From NCBI GenBank assembly GCA_963835415.1, contig CAWIFZ010000013.1:15467-79466 (forward strand): DNA of 64,000 bases, in the 5' to 3' direction. Source of the DNA: an uncultured Actinomycetes bacterium. GTDB lineage: Bacteria; Actinomycetota; UBA4738; HRBIN12. Shown here piece after piece: positions 23,047 through 32,884 of this stretch. Both the position numbers and the translations under genes were made by a program. The notes under the pieces are model-generated. The model worked only from the letters and a program-made list of their open reading frames with translations. It ran no database searches and was not told the DNA's origin. Every line of letters begins with the position of its first letter. Within the stretch, counting starts at the first letter, position 1.

Positions 23047-23214
23047 GTGGCGCAATACGAGGGCTACTGCATGAAGTGCCGTGAGAAGCGGACGTTCGAG
23101 GGCGAGATCGTCACCCTGAAGAACGGCCGCCCCGCCGCACAGGGCGCCTGCCCGGTGTGCGGCACCAAGCTCACGCGCATCTTGAGCAAGGCCGACGCAG
23201 AAGCAGCGAAATAA
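23047..23214 (+). CDS. Small basic CxxC...CxxC protein (DUF5679-like)
   Basis: YCMKCREKR...KNGRPAAQGACPVCGTKLTRI; strong RBS GGAAGGAGG before GTG. Confidence 0.82.
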   Translation: MAQYEGYCMKCREKRTFEGEIVTLKNGRPAAQGACPVCGTKLTRILSKADAEAAK

Positions 23215-23238
23215 CCCGGTCTGACCTGCGAGATCTGG

Positions 23239-23712
23239 TCAGCGGGAACGGGACAACAGCGTCTCCGGGGCGATCAACACCGGCCCCGGGCTCATCCGTT
23301 GGTGGCGGGCCGATAGGTCCGCCACCGTCGTTTCATCGAACACCTTCTGGGTCGCCCGAGCCACGTCCGCCCAGAACCCCTGGAGCCCACACTGGGAATC
23401 CTGGAAGCACGTGTGATCGGAGGGCTCCAGGCAGAACATCGGGAAGATCTGGCCCTCGATGGCGTCCGCGATCTGCCCCACGGTGATCTCTCCCGGATCC
23501 CGGGCGATCCGGCACCCACCACCAGCGCCCCGGAAGCTCTCGACGAGACCCGCCTTGGAGAGGGCGCCCAGTTGCTGTTCCAAGAACCGGAGCGGGATCT
23601 GCTGACGTTCGGCGATCTCGCGAGCCGGCACCAGCGTTCCCTCGTCACGGCGGTTGGCGAGCTCGATCATCGCTCGCATCGCGTACTCCAACTTCTGCGA
23701 GACCTTCAGCAC
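23239..23712 (-). CDS. Rrf2 family transcriptional regulator (3 Cys, likely Fe-S)
   Basis: YAMRAMIELA, FLEQQL, VESFRGAGGG, C-x7-C-x5-C. Confidence 0.92.
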   Translation of the reverse strand: MLKVSQKLEYAMRAMIELANRRDEGTLVPAREIAERQQIPLRFLEQQLGALSKAGLVESFRGAGGGCRIARDPGEITVGQIADAIEGQIFPMFCLEPSDHTCFQDSQCGLQGFWADVARATQKVFDETTVADLSARHQRMSPGPVLIAPETLLSRSR

Positions 23713-23896
23713 GACGACCGCCTCCTGTATCGAGCGTAGGTTGGGCGCGCACCTCCGTCAACGAGCCGCTCACGCGATGCCGTTCGGCGCAACTCCCCAG
23801 TTCCAGGTATGCACGTCATCCCCGTATCGGCCGACAACCACTGTGGGAACAGCTGTATCCGATACGCGACCGTGGAAGGAAGCGGTGACGGAACCG

Positions 23897-24334
23897 ATGA
23901 CCCGGATCCTTGTCGTCGACGACGAACCGGACGTGCTCCTGCTCTGCAGGGTGAACCTCCAGCACGCCGGCTACGACGTCCTGGAGGCCTCAGATGGCGA
24001 ACAGGGGCTGGCCCTGGCCATGTCCGAGGCGCCCGACGCCCTCGTCCTGGACCTGATGCTGCCGCTCTTGGACGGCTACGGCGTGCTCGAGCGACTCCAG
24101 GCCGATGAACGGACCCGGACGCTCCCCGTCGTGGTGCTCACGGCGAAGGCACAGCGGGAAGATCGCGTTCGCTGCTGGGAACAGGGCGCTTCCGAGTACA
24201 TGACCAAGCCGTTCTCGCCCGTCGCATTGTCCGCCACGTTGACGGAGCTGTTGACGATGTCACCCACGCAACGCGAAGACCGCCGCAACGACGTACTGAG
24301 GAAGCTGCGCGACGAGTCGCCGTCGTGGCGCTAG
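23897..24334 (+). CDS. Single-domain response regulator
   Basis: ILVVDDE, LDLMLP, VLTA, MTKPF; no output domain. Confidence 0.9.
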   Translation: MTRILVVDDEPDVLLLCRVNLQHAGYDVLEASDGEQGLALAMSEAPDALVLDLMLPLLDGYGVLERLQADERTRTLPVVVLTAKAQREDRVRCWEQGASEYMTKPFSPVALSATLTELLTMSPTQREDRRNDVLRKLRDESPSWR

Positions 24335-24870
24335 CCGCCGCCGGTGTCGCCGGCGGGAGTTCCCACGTAATCGACGCCCACGATGATGATCGCCTGCGCG
24401 TCGTCGGCGATGTTCAACGCCAGCTCCTGATCGAGGAGCGACACCTTCGCGCCCTCGAAGTACGTGTCGGCGATGTACCTGGCGTTCGATCGGTTCTGCG
24501 CGGCGTCCGCTCCGCCGCGGAAGTACACGATGGTCTTCGGCACGGGCTTCGGGTCCGCGTCGGCCGGATCCTGCGCCGCGACGTAGCCATCGGCCTCGAG
24601 GATCTGCTGCACCTCGGCGGCGAGCCCCGTCTCGTTGGTGCCGTTGAAGACCGCGATCAGGACCCCTTCGATCTGCGGGCTCGGCGTTTCCTTGGGTGGC
24701 GGCGTGGGCGAATCGGTCGGGCTGGACGCGGACGGACTGGGCGACTCGCTCGCCCCGCCCCCGGTCGGCGGCGTGACGACGGTCCCGCTCGCGAAGCCGT
24801 TCGCCAGCACGGCGATGCCGCCCGCCACGAGCGCCAAGATGATCACGATGCGTGCGGTCCCCAGATTCAC
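24331..24870 (-). CDS. LytR C-terminal domain membrane protein
   Basis: TM, Pro/Ser linker, IAVFNGTNETGLAA, TIVYF, IIVGVD. Confidence 0.85.
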   Translation of the reverse strand: MNLGTARIVIILALVAGGIAVLANGFASGTVVTPPTGGGASESPSPSASSPTDSPTPPPKETPSPQIEGVLIAVFNGTNETGLAAEVQQILEADGYVAAQDPADADPKPVPKTIVYFRGGADAAQNRSNARYIADTYFEGAKVSLLDQELALNIADDAQAIIIVGVDYVGTPAGDTGGG

Positions 24871-24930
24871 GCGGCCCATCCTACCCTAGGCGTTGGGCCC
24901 ACCTGCGGCGCCGTCAACCAGGGCGTCGGG

Positions 24931-25221
24931 TTACAGCGGGATCCCGAGCCGTCCGGCGGTCCGCTTGCGACGCCGAGCGTCTCGGATACGGCGGAGCCGG
25001 CGAACCAGCATCGGGTCGTAGGCGATCGCTTCCGGCCGGTCGATGGCACGGTTCAGCAGCTGGTGGTATCGCGCGGCGGAGAAGCCGAAGCGCTCGCGGA
25101 TCGCGCGCTCCTTGGACATCCGCAGCTTCCAAGCTTCACGCTCGAAATCCAGGAGTTCACGGTCGCGCTGATCGAGCGCCGCGACCTCGCCAGCGTCATT
25201 GCGGGGGGTAGAACGGCTCAC
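24931..25221 (-). CDS. DUF3263 protein
   Basis: LLDFEREAW...KERAIRERFGFSAARYHQLLN...DPMLVRRLRR; conserved pairing with a LytR_C gene. Confidence 0.85.
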   Translation of the reverse strand: MSRSTPRNDAGEVAALDQRDRELLDFEREAWKLRMSKERAIRERFGFSAARYHQLLNRAIDRPEAIAYDPMLVRRLRRIRDARRRKRTAGRLGIPL

Positions 25222-25304
25222 GGTGCGAGGCTAACAACCGTCGCCGAAGGTTCAAGCACCTGGGGGGAACGAGCCGAAATGCATGGAAGGGCCGACGATC
25301 GATC

Positions 25305-27530
25305 GTGAGAGGATCCGACGTGGTGACGACGGGTGACGAGATAGCTGCGGAGGTGGAGCAGGACGAGCCTCGCGCCGCCACCGATCGCTTCCGTTCCGTG
25401 GCGCAGCTCAACATGCTGCACAGTCTCGCCGCCAAGCTCAATTCGCTGGACGATGCGGTCGAGATCAGCTCGGCCATCACCGCCGAGCTGCGCACGATCG
25501 TCGCCTACCACAGCTGCAGGGTCTACCTCCTGCAGCCCGACGGCCACACGCTCTATCCGGTCGCGTTCCGCGGCGAGATGTTCTCGGACTACGAGAAGGA
25601 CACCGTCGAGTCGCTGATCACCGAGATCGGCGAAGGCATCACTGGCACGGTCGCGGAGACCCGCGAGTCGCTCATCACGCCGGACGCGCGCGAGGTGGCG
25701 TTCGCCGTCCAGATCCCCGGCACGGACGACGTGCTGGAATCGATGCTCGCCGTGCCGATGGCCGTCGGCGACCAGCTGCTGGGTGTCATCACGCTGTCCA
25801 TGCTCGGGTACGCGAAGTTCGACGAGGAGGATCAGCGACTCCTCGAGGTCCTGGCATCGCACGCCGCGGTGGCGTTCCAGAACGCGAAGCTGTTCCAAGC
25901 CGAGCGCGAGGCGGCCGAGACCTCCACCGCACTCCTGCGGCTGTCGCAAACGCTGACACAGCTCCACTCGATCGACGACATCATGCAGGTGGCGATCGAC
26001 ACCGTTCCTCACCTGGTCGCCGCCTCGGGCCTGGCGGCGTACCTCCGCGACGAGGAGACCGGGGATTTCCGACTCCTGCGGTTCGTCGCGCCGGTCGGCA
26101 ACACGATCACTCCGGACGAACGGTCCTCGCTGGTCCCGTCGGATGTCGCCACCCGGTTCCTCGAGAGCGAGTCCGAGCCGTTCGTCATCACGCGCGACGT
26201 CGTGGCGACCATCCCTGAAGGGTTCAGGCTCTTCAGCGAGATCCGCGACCTCCTGGCAGCTCCGCTGCACTGGGAGCCCGACGGCTTCGGCGCGATCGTG
26301 CTGGGCGGGAAGGACGACGGCACTCCGTTCACCGAGCAGGACCTGCGGCTCGCCCGCGGGATCGCCGACATCACGTCGCTCGCACTGGGGAACGCACGGC
26401 GTCTCTCGGAGCTGGAGCGGTTCCACGAGCTGGTGGCCAGCCTGGACGCGGTCTTCTGGGAGGCCGACGCCGCGTCGCTCCGGCTTTCGTTCATCGGCGG
26501 ACGGGCCGAGCAACTCCTGGGCGCGAACGAACAGGAATGGATCGCGGAGGGTCGCCGCTGGGGCGACCATACGATCGCCGAGGACCGCGACGGCGCGATC
26601 GCCGGCGCGCGGCTGGCCGCGGACGCGGGCGAGGACCAGAACCTGGAGTACCGGGTGACCGCGCCCGACGGACGCACGATCTGGATCCGCGACATGGTGC
26701 ACGTGGTGCGCGCCTCTCAAGGGCCGCGACAGCTCCGCGGGCTGATGATCGACATCACGGAGCGCAAGCGCGCGGAGCAGGCGCTGCGACGGAGCGAACG
26801 GAAGTACTCGGAGGCCTTCCGACGGGAGCGCGAGGCCGCGCAACGGCTCCGTGCGCTCGACGAGATGAAGAACACGTTCCTGGAGGCCGTCTCGCACGAC
26901 CTTCGGACGCCCCTGACCTCGATCCTCGGGTCCGCGCTCACGTTGGAGCAGACGAAGCTCGAGCTACCGCGGGAAGACGCGCTGGATCTGGTGGGCAGGA
27001 TCGCGGCGAACGCCCGCAAGCTCGAGCGGCTGCTGTCGGACCTGCTGGATCTCGACCGGCTGCAGCGGGGCATCATCAGCCCGCAGCGCCGCCCGACCGA
27101 TCTCGCGGAGCTCGTCCACCGAAGCGTGGACGGCACCGAGAACCCGGGCAACCGCGACATCGAGGTGGAGGTGGAATCCATCACCGTGTCCGTCGACGCC
27201 GCGAAGGTGGAGCGGATCCTGGAGAACCTGGTGTCGAACGCGATCCGGCACACCCCGGACGGCACGAGGATCTGGATCCGGGGCTTCGGGCAGGACGGCG
27301 GCGTGATGCTGATCGTCGAAGACGAGGGCAACGGGATCCCCGCCGACCTGCACGAGGCGGTCTTCGAGCCGTTCCGCCAGGCGCCGGGGTCCTCATCGGG
27401 GCACTCCCCGGGCGTCGGCGTCGGATTGTCGCTGGTGCGACGCTTCGCCGAGCTGCATGGAGGCCGCGCCTGGCTCGAGGATCGCGAGGGTGGCGGCTCG
27501 TCGTTCCACGTGTTCCTGCCGGGCGGCTAG
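25305..27530 (+). CDS. Cytoplasmic GAF-GAF-PAS histidine kinase
   Basis: H-box SHDLRTPLT, N-box ENLVSNAIRH, DEGNGI, GVGLSLV; no TM segments. Confidence 0.92.
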   Translation: MRGSDVVTTGDEIAAEVEQDEPRAATDRFRSVAQLNMLHSLAAKLNSLDDAVEISSAITAELRTIVAYHSCRVYLLQPDGHTLYPVAFRGEMFSDYEKDTVESLITEIGEGITGTVAETRESLITPDAREVAFAVQIPGTDDVLESMLAVPMAVGDQLLGVITLSMLGYAKFDEEDQRLLEVLASHAAVAFQNAKLFQAEREAAETSTALLRLSQTLTQLHSIDDIMQVAIDTVPHLVAASGLAAYLRDEETGDFRLLRFVAPVGNTITPDERSSLVPSDVATRFLESESEPFVITRDVVATIPEGFRLFSEIRDLLAAPLHWEPDGFGAIVLGGKDDGTPFTEQDLRLARGIADITSLALGNARRLSELERFHELVASLDAVFWEADAASLRLSFIGGRAEQLLGANEQEWIAEGRRWGDHTIAEDRDGAIAGARLAADAGEDQNLEYRVTAPDGRTIWIRDMVHVVRASQGPRQLRGLMIDITERKRAEQALRRSERKYSEAFRREREAAQRLRALDEMKNTFLEAVSHDLRTPLTSILGSALTLEQTKLELPREDALDLVGRIAANARKLERLLSDLLDLDRLQRGIISPQRRPTDLAELVHRSVDGTENPGNRDIEVEVESITVSVDAAKVERILENLVSNAIRHTPDGTRIWIRGFGQDGGVMLIVEDEGNGIPADLHEAVFEPFRQAPGSSSGHSPGVGVGLSLVRRFAELHGGRAWLEDREGGGSSFHVFLPGG

Positions 27531-27564
27531 CCCTTCGTCGCCGGCTGACGGTAGGTTGGTGCGC

Positions 27565-28770
27565 GTGGAGTTCGCCTTCGCGCCCGACGACCTGGGGTTC
27601 ATCGCCGATCCCTATCCCGTGTACGCCGAGATGCGGGCCGGCACGCCGATCTGGTACCACGAGCCCACGGACCACTGGCTCGTCTCCCGGTTCACCGACG
27701 TGAACGCGCTGCTGCGCGACCGCCGGTTCGGACGGACGTATCACCACGTCGCGACGCACGCGGAGATGGGGCGCCCCGAGGAGCCGGACTGGCACGGGCC
27801 GTTCTGGCACCTGATCCGCAGCGGCATCCTCGACATGGAGCCGCCTGACCACACACGGGTGCGGGCGCTCGTCTCGAAGGCGTTCACGCCCAGGATGGTC
27901 GAGGGCATGCGCGAGCCCATCCAACGCATGATGGACGGGTTGATCGACGGGATCGACGGTGCCGGGGAGTTCGACCTGATCGCGACGCTGGCCGAGCCGC
28001 TGCCCGTCGCGGTCATCGCCGAGCTGCTCGGGGTGCCGGACGACGACCGGCACCTGCTCCGCCCGTGGTCCGCCGACATCTGTGGGATGTACGAGCTCCG
28101 TCCGTCGGAGGAGACCGCGCGGACGGCCGTTCGCGCCAGCGTGGAGTTCTCCGAGTACCTGCGGACGCTCTCGCGTCTGAGGCGTGCCGAGCCGCAGGAC
28201 GATCTGATCAGCGCCCTGGCGCAGGTCGTGGACGACGGTGAGCGCCTGACGGAGGACGAGCTGATCGGGACGTGCGTCCTGCTGCTGAACGCCGGCCACG
28301 AGGCCACGGTGAACGTGACGGGCAACGGCTGGTGGTCGTTGTTCCGCAACCCGGACCAGCTCGCGCGCCTGCTCGGCGACGCGGGGTTGGTGCCGCGGGC
28401 GGTCGAGGAGCTGATGCGCTGGGACACCCCGCTGCAGATGTTCGAGCGATGGGTCCTGGAGGACTCGGAGGTCTGCGGCGTGCGGGTCCCGAAGGGCGCC
28501 GAGCTGGGATTGTTGTTCGGCTCGGCGAACCGTGACCCGGACGTGTTCGGCCATCCCGACGATCTCGACGTGGGACGCGAGCCGAACCCGCACGTCTCGT
28601 TCGGTGCCGGCGTTCACTTCTGCTTAGGCGCGCCGCTCGCGCGCTTGGAGCTCCAGACGTCGTTCGCGACGGTCCTGCGCCGGCTGCCCACGTTGCAGCT
28701 CGTCGAGGAGCCGGCCTGGAAGCCGAACTACATCATCAGGGGATTGCGCGAACTCCGCGTCGCGGCGTGA
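27565..28770 (+). CDS. Cytochrome P450 (CYP107P-like)
   Basis: MEPPDHTRVR, LLNAGHEAT, EELMR, FGAGVHFCLG. Confidence 0.93.
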   Translation: MEFAFAPDDLGFIADPYPVYAEMRAGTPIWYHEPTDHWLVSRFTDVNALLRDRRFGRTYHHVATHAEMGRPEEPDWHGPFWHLIRSGILDMEPPDHTRVRALVSKAFTPRMVEGMREPIQRMMDGLIDGIDGAGEFDLIATLAEPLPVAVIAELLGVPDDDRHLLRPWSADICGMYELRPSEETARTAVRASVEFSEYLRTLSRLRRAEPQDDLISALAQVVDDGERLTEDELIGTCVLLLNAGHEATVNVTGNGWWSLFRNPDQLARLLGDAGLVPRAVEELMRWDTPLQMFERWVLEDSEVCGVRVPKGAELGLLFGSANRDPDVFGHPDDLDVGREPNPHVSFGAGVHFCLGAPLARLELQTSFATVLRRLPTLQLVEEPAWKPNYIIRGLRELRVAA

Positions 28771-28850
28771 CGCGTTCGCGGGGTTCGTGACGGTCGTGGT
28801 CACCGAACGCGACGGCGACCTTGAAGGAGCCGAGTGCTAACGTCGCATCT

Positions 28851-29108
28851 ATGGACGAGGCGGTGCCCGCCCGGATGCAAGAAGGGGTGGCCCGGATCTA
28901 CCGGACCGACCGGATCGAGGTCACGTGGGCTCCCCGACGCTGCACCCACGCGGCCGAATGCTTCCGCAACGCTCCCGAGGTCTTCGATCCGGATGCTCGC
29001 CCGTGGGTCAGGCCCGAGGCCGCGGATCCGGAGGTCGTCGAAGCGACGGTGCTGCGCTGCCCGAGCGGTGCCCTGGGGTTCCGCCGCCTCGACGACCGAG
29101 CACGCTGA
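28851..29108 (+). CDS. YjdI-like divergent 4Fe-4S ferredoxin
   Basis: RCTHAAEC...VFDPDARPWV...RCPSGAL. Confidence 0.82.
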   Translation: MDEAVPARMQEGVARIYRTDRIEVTWAPRRCTHAAECFRNAPEVFDPDARPWVRPEAADPEVVEATVLRCPSGALGFRRLDDRAR

Positions 29109-29143
29109 GGTGGCGCGCCGCCCCTCTCTGACCTGCACATCGA

Positions 29144-29220
29144 TGGAGCCGGCGGTCGGATTCGAACCGACGACCTAGCGATTACAAGTCGCTTGCGCTT
29201 CCGGACTGCGCCACGCCGGC
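29144..29220 (-). tRNA. tRNA-Thr(TGT)
   Basis: GCCGGCG acceptor, anticodon loop CT-TGT-AA, GGTTCGAATCC T-loop, encoded CCA. Confidence 0.95.
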
Positions 29221-29234
29221 CGATCGGAGCGAGT

Positions 29235-29714
29235 CTACCCCTGACGTGTGCCCTGGAACGCCGCACGCTGCGAGAACAAGACGTAGATGACGAACGCGTA
29301 GAGGCCGAGCGTGAGCACGCCCGGCGCGCTCCCGCTGAGGACGCTCGCGATCCCGCCGAACGCACCGAACGCCGCGACGACGATGGCGAACACCCGCCCG
29401 CCCTCCGACAGCCGGAGCACCAGGATCCCGGCGATGATCTCGAGCGCGCCGACCACGAGGCTGAAGAGACCGATGCCTTTGGCCACGGAGGCGAGGTCCA
29501 TGTTCCCGATCGACCCGATCCTGGAGAGGTCGGAAGGGCTCAGCACCATCAGCACCACGCCCGCGAGTCCCTGGAGCGCTCCGAGGACGATCAGGATCAC
29601 GGCGGTGGCGGTCACCAGCTGCGGACGGGCCCGTGCCGATGGAGGGATCGGAGCGTCGGCGTGCCACGTCGACATGTCCGGCCGCGGCGGGGGAGGTGGG
29701 GGAAGCGGCTGCAT
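29235..29714 (-). CDS. Four-TM membrane protein with Pro-rich N-terminus
   Basis: MQPLPPPPPPRP followed by four hydrophobic helices. Confidence 0.7.
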   Translation of the reverse strand: MQPLPPPPPPRPDMSTWHADAPIPPSARARPQLVTATAVILIVLGALQGLAGVVLMVLSPSDLSRIGSIGNMDLASVAKGIGLFSLVVGALEIIAGILVLRLSEGGRVFAIVVAAFGAFGGIASVLSGSAPGVLTLGLYAFVIYVLFSQRAAFQGTRQG

Positions 29715-29733
29715 CACTCGAGGATAGCCACCC

Positions 29734-30480
29734 TCAGGTCCGCCTCGAAGGCAGCACGTAGCCGTACAGCGCGGCAGCGAGCGAGGCGGACGCGTTGAGC
29801 GAGCCGACGCGCCCCCGCATCGGCAGCGACACCAGGACGTCGCACCGCTCTCGTACCAGCCGCGACATGCCCTCGCCTTCGCTCCCGACGACGAGGGCCA
29901 CCCTGCCTTCCGGGCAGGGATCGTCGAAGATCGTCGTGGACGCGTCGCCGTCGAGACCGACGACCGTGAATCCCACGCCCTGCAAGCGGTCGAGCGCGCG
30001 CGGGATGTTGGCGACGCGCGCGTGCGGGAGGTGCAGGAGCGCACCGGCGGACGCGCGGATCGCCGCGGGCGTCACATCGGCGGCGCGTCTGATCCGCGTG
30101 ACGAGCATGGAACCGCCCGCCGCCTCGGCCGAACGCGCTGCAGCGCCGAAGTTCTGAGGATCCGTGATCCCGTCCAGGACGACGACGAGCGCGTCGTCGT
30201 CGAACGGGTACGACCCGAGCTCGCGCTCCCCCAGCTCGGCCGGGCGTTCGGGGTCGTCGCGCAGTCGCGCGACGACCCCTTGGTGGTCGGGGGCCAGACG
30301 GTCGAGCTCCCTGCGGTCCGTCTCGGTGATGTCGACGCCGGCGGCGGCGGCGGCATCCACGACCGCGCGCAAGCCCTGGGTCTCGCGCACGCCGGACGCG
30401 ACCAGCAGATCGGTGACGCGGCCCGCGCGGAGCGCCTCGACGACCGCGCGCCGGCCTCCGACGGTCGTTCGATCGCTCAT
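29734..30480 (-). CDS. rlmB: 23S rRNA (G2251-2'-O)-methyltransferase
   Basis: HQGVVA, LDGITDPQNFGA, GSEGEG, SLNAS. Confidence 0.92.
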   Translation of the reverse strand: MSDRTTVGGRRAVVEALRAGRVTDLLVASGVRETQGLRAVVDAAAAAGVDITETDRRELDRLAPDHQGVVARLRDDPERPAELGERELGSYPFDDDALVVVLDGITDPQNFGAAARSAEAAGGSMLVTRIRRAADVTPAAIRASAGALLHLPHARVANIPRALDRLQGVGFTVVGLDGDASTTIFDDPCPEGRVALVVGSEGEGMSRLVRERCDVLVSLPMRGRVGSLNASASLAAALYGYVLPSRRT

Positions 30481-30950
30481 CGGAGGGTCGCGAGCGCGAA
30501 GCAGCCGACGCCGTCGCCGGAGAGCCCCAAGCCTTCGGGGCGGGTCGCCTTGACCGACACGCGTTCCAGAGGTACGTCCAACGCGCCCGCGAGCGCGAGG
30601 CGCATCTCCTCGCGTCGCGGTTCGATCGCCGGGCGATCGCACAGCACGGTCACATCACACGATGCCGGCACGAGCCCCGTGTCCTCTCGCACCAGCGCGA
30701 CGACGTCGTGCAGGAGCCGCACACCGGTGATCCCTTCCACGGCCGGGTCGGTGTCGGGGAAGTGCTGTCCGATGTCGCCGAGCGCCGCCGCCCCGAGGAG
30801 CGCGTCACCGATCGCGTGACAGACCGCGTCACCGTCGGAATGCCCCGCGAGCCCCGCCTCTCCCTCGAAGCGCACGCCGCCCAGCCAGAGCTCACGCGAC
30901 GGATCGCTCGGATGCACATCGAAGCCGAGACCGACGCGAACGTCAGTCAC
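30477..30950 (-). CDS. ispF: MECDP synthase IspF
   Basis: RVGLGFDVH, HSDGDAVCHA, DIGQHFP, VSVKAT. Confidence 0.95.
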   Translation of the reverse strand: MTDVRVGLGFDVHPSDPSRELWLGGVRFEGEAGLAGHSDGDAVCHAIGDALLGAAALGDIGQHFPDTDPAVEGITGVRLLHDVVALVREDTGLVPASCDVTVLCDRPAIEPRREEMRLALAGALDVPLERVSVKATRPEGLGLSGDGVGCFALATLR

Positions 30951-31632
30951 GTGGCACGCCCGACAGCTCGTCGGCCCGCGCCAGATCCGACGCGGTGGTG
31001 ATCTTGACGTTCCCGGGTTCGCCGTCAACGGTGCGCACGGAGGCGCCCGCCCATTCCATCAGGCCCGAGTCGTCGGTGAAGTCCAGATCCGACGCTTCCG
31101 CCTTCACGATCGCGTCGCGGAGCAGGTGGAGACGACACGCTTGCGGCGTCTGTGCCAGCGCCAGGCCGTCGCGTGGCTGGGTCCCGACGATCGTCCCGTC
31201 CCGCACACGCTTCACCGTGTCGACGAGCGGCAGGACCGGCACCGCAGCGTCCGCGCCCGACTCCACGGCGTGGACGACCGCCTCGAACAGCGCCGGCGAC
31301 GCGAACGGCCGGGCCGCATCGTGCACGACGACGACCTCAACGTGTCCCCCGACCGCGTCCAGGCCTGCGGCGACCGATCGCTGGCGCGTCGAACCTCCCG
31401 TCACGACGATCACGGCATCCGAGCCGGCGAACATCTCTCGGACCGCGTCCTCGGATCCCGGAGGAGACACGACCACCACGGCGTCGATCGCCGGCGACGA
31501 CAGCGCACGATCGACCGCCACGGCCACCACCGGCCGCCCGCCGATCGTTCGGAGCGCCTTGGGCACGTCCCCGCCGAGGCGGACTCCGGATCCTGCGGCG
31601 ACCACCACGGCCACGACGCGCGCTCGTTCCAT
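30943..31632 (-). CDS. ispD: MEP cytidylyltransferase IspD
   Basis: AAGSGVRLG..PK, HDAARPF, QTPQ, TDD, NVKITT. Confidence 0.95.
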   Translation of the reverse strand: MERARVVAVVVAAGSGVRLGGDVPKALRTIGGRPVVAVAVDRALSSPAIDAVVVVSPPGSEDAVREMFAGSDAVIVVTGGSTRQRSVAAGLDAVGGHVEVVVVHDAARPFASPALFEAVVHAVESGADAAVPVLPLVDTVKRVRDGTIVGTQPRDGLALAQTPQACRLHLLRDAIVKAEASDLDFTDDSGLMEWAGASVRTVDGEPGNVKITTASDLARADELSGVPRD

Positions 31633-31690
31633 ACGCGGGAAGCATGGCAGACGTCGTCGAACGAGGAGATCGCGGGGGTGAGCGGAAGGG

Positions 31691-32764
31691 TCAGGCGTCG
31701 ACTTCGGCGAGCGCCGCGAACACCATGCGGCCGGTCGTGGTCTGGATGACGTTCGTCACCCGGACGTCGACCTGCGTGCCGATCTGTTCCGTGGCCTTCT
31801 CGACGACGACCATGGTGCCGTCGTCCAGGTACCCGACACCCTGCCCGTGCTCGCGGCCTTCCTTCACCAGGCGGACCGAGATCTCGTCGCCGGCCGCGTA
31901 CGGGACCCGGAACTTCGAGGCGAGGGCGTTGATCTGCGCGACGGGAACCCGGAGCGCTTCGGCGACCTTCGCCAGGTTGGCGTCGACCGTGATGAGCGTG
32001 CCTCCACGCTCGCGTGCGAGGCGCACGAGCGCGGCGTCGACGTCCATCACCCCCACCTCCTCCACGAGCTGGAGCTGGATCGTGGGGGATTTCTGGAGCT
32101 CCACGAGCACGTCGAGTCCGCGGCGGCCGCGCGTGCGGCGACGGGGATCGGAGGAGTCCGAGATCGACTGCAGTTCGCGTAGGACACCGTCGTGCAGCAG
32201 CATGGTGCCGGCGACGAATCCCGTCGCGACCAGGTCGGCCACACGTCCGTCGATCAGCGCGCTGGTATCGATCACGTGCAGGTCGCCCCGGCTGGCCACG
32301 GCGGCGCGGGGCTTCATCCCGACCAGGCCGAAGATGTCCTCGTACTTGGCGGCACCCACGCGGAACCCGAGGGACCCCAGGACCATGTACACGAACACGA
32401 GGGACGGCCACGCGGCCGAGGCCGGCAGGAACAGGAGCGGGATCATGAGGAGCGCGCCGATGATGAGCCCGACGACCATCCCCACCACGGCGCCGGCGAG
32501 CTGCGGGGCCGGGGTGCGTCGGAGCTCATGCTCCAGACCGGTCACCGCGCGGAGCGTGAGCCGTCCGAGGACGCCGCCGATCACGTAGCCGATACCGGCC
32601 CCAAGGAAGACGTACAGCAGCGTTCGCGGGCCGCTGGGCTCCGAGACCGCCGAACCGAGCTCGAAGCCCCCGGTCGCGAACAGGGCGATGAAGATCAAGC
32701 GGACGCCCTCGACCAGGCGCCCCTTCAACGCGCTCTTGCGACCCTCCGACGTGGGCTCGCCCAT
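31691..32764 (-). CDS. Membrane PIN/TRAM domain protein (YacL-like)
   Basis: TM helices, IDTSALIDGRV, RGRRGLD, QGVGYLDDGTMVVVE, QTTTGRMVFA. Confidence 0.92.
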   Translation of the reverse strand: MGEPTSEGRKSALKGRLVEGVRLIFIALFATGGFELGSAVSEPSGPRTLLYVFLGAGIGYVIGGVLGRLTLRAVTGLEHELRRTPAPQLAGAVVGMVVGLIIGALLMIPLLFLPASAAWPSLVFVYMVLGSLGFRVGAAKYEDIFGLVGMKPRAAVASRGDLHVIDTSALIDGRVADLVATGFVAGTMLLHDGVLRELQSISDSSDPRRRTRGRRGLDVLVELQKSPTIQLQLVEEVGVMDVDAALVRLARERGGTLITVDANLAKVAEALRVPVAQINALASKFRVPYAAGDEISVRLVKEGREHGQGVGYLDDGTMVVVEKATEQIGTQVDVRVTNVIQTTTGRMVFAALAEVDA

Positions 32765-32884
32765 CCCCTCGGTTCCTTCCCATCGCCTACAGGGGCAGAT
32801 CCGCTCTACCCCTCCATGGAAGCATCGGTTAGGAGGGGCCGGGACCTGAACGGTTGGGAGGAAAAGCCGTGGGGAGAGCGGGAA

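Noticed and set aside
28832-28840. GAGTGCTAA half-CIRCE before the ferredoxin
   Set aside because: The left arm TTAGCACTC is missing
29144-29220. tRNA-Thr(TGT) as an integration site for an island
   Set aside because: No integrase, no convincing att duplication, no obvious composition shift
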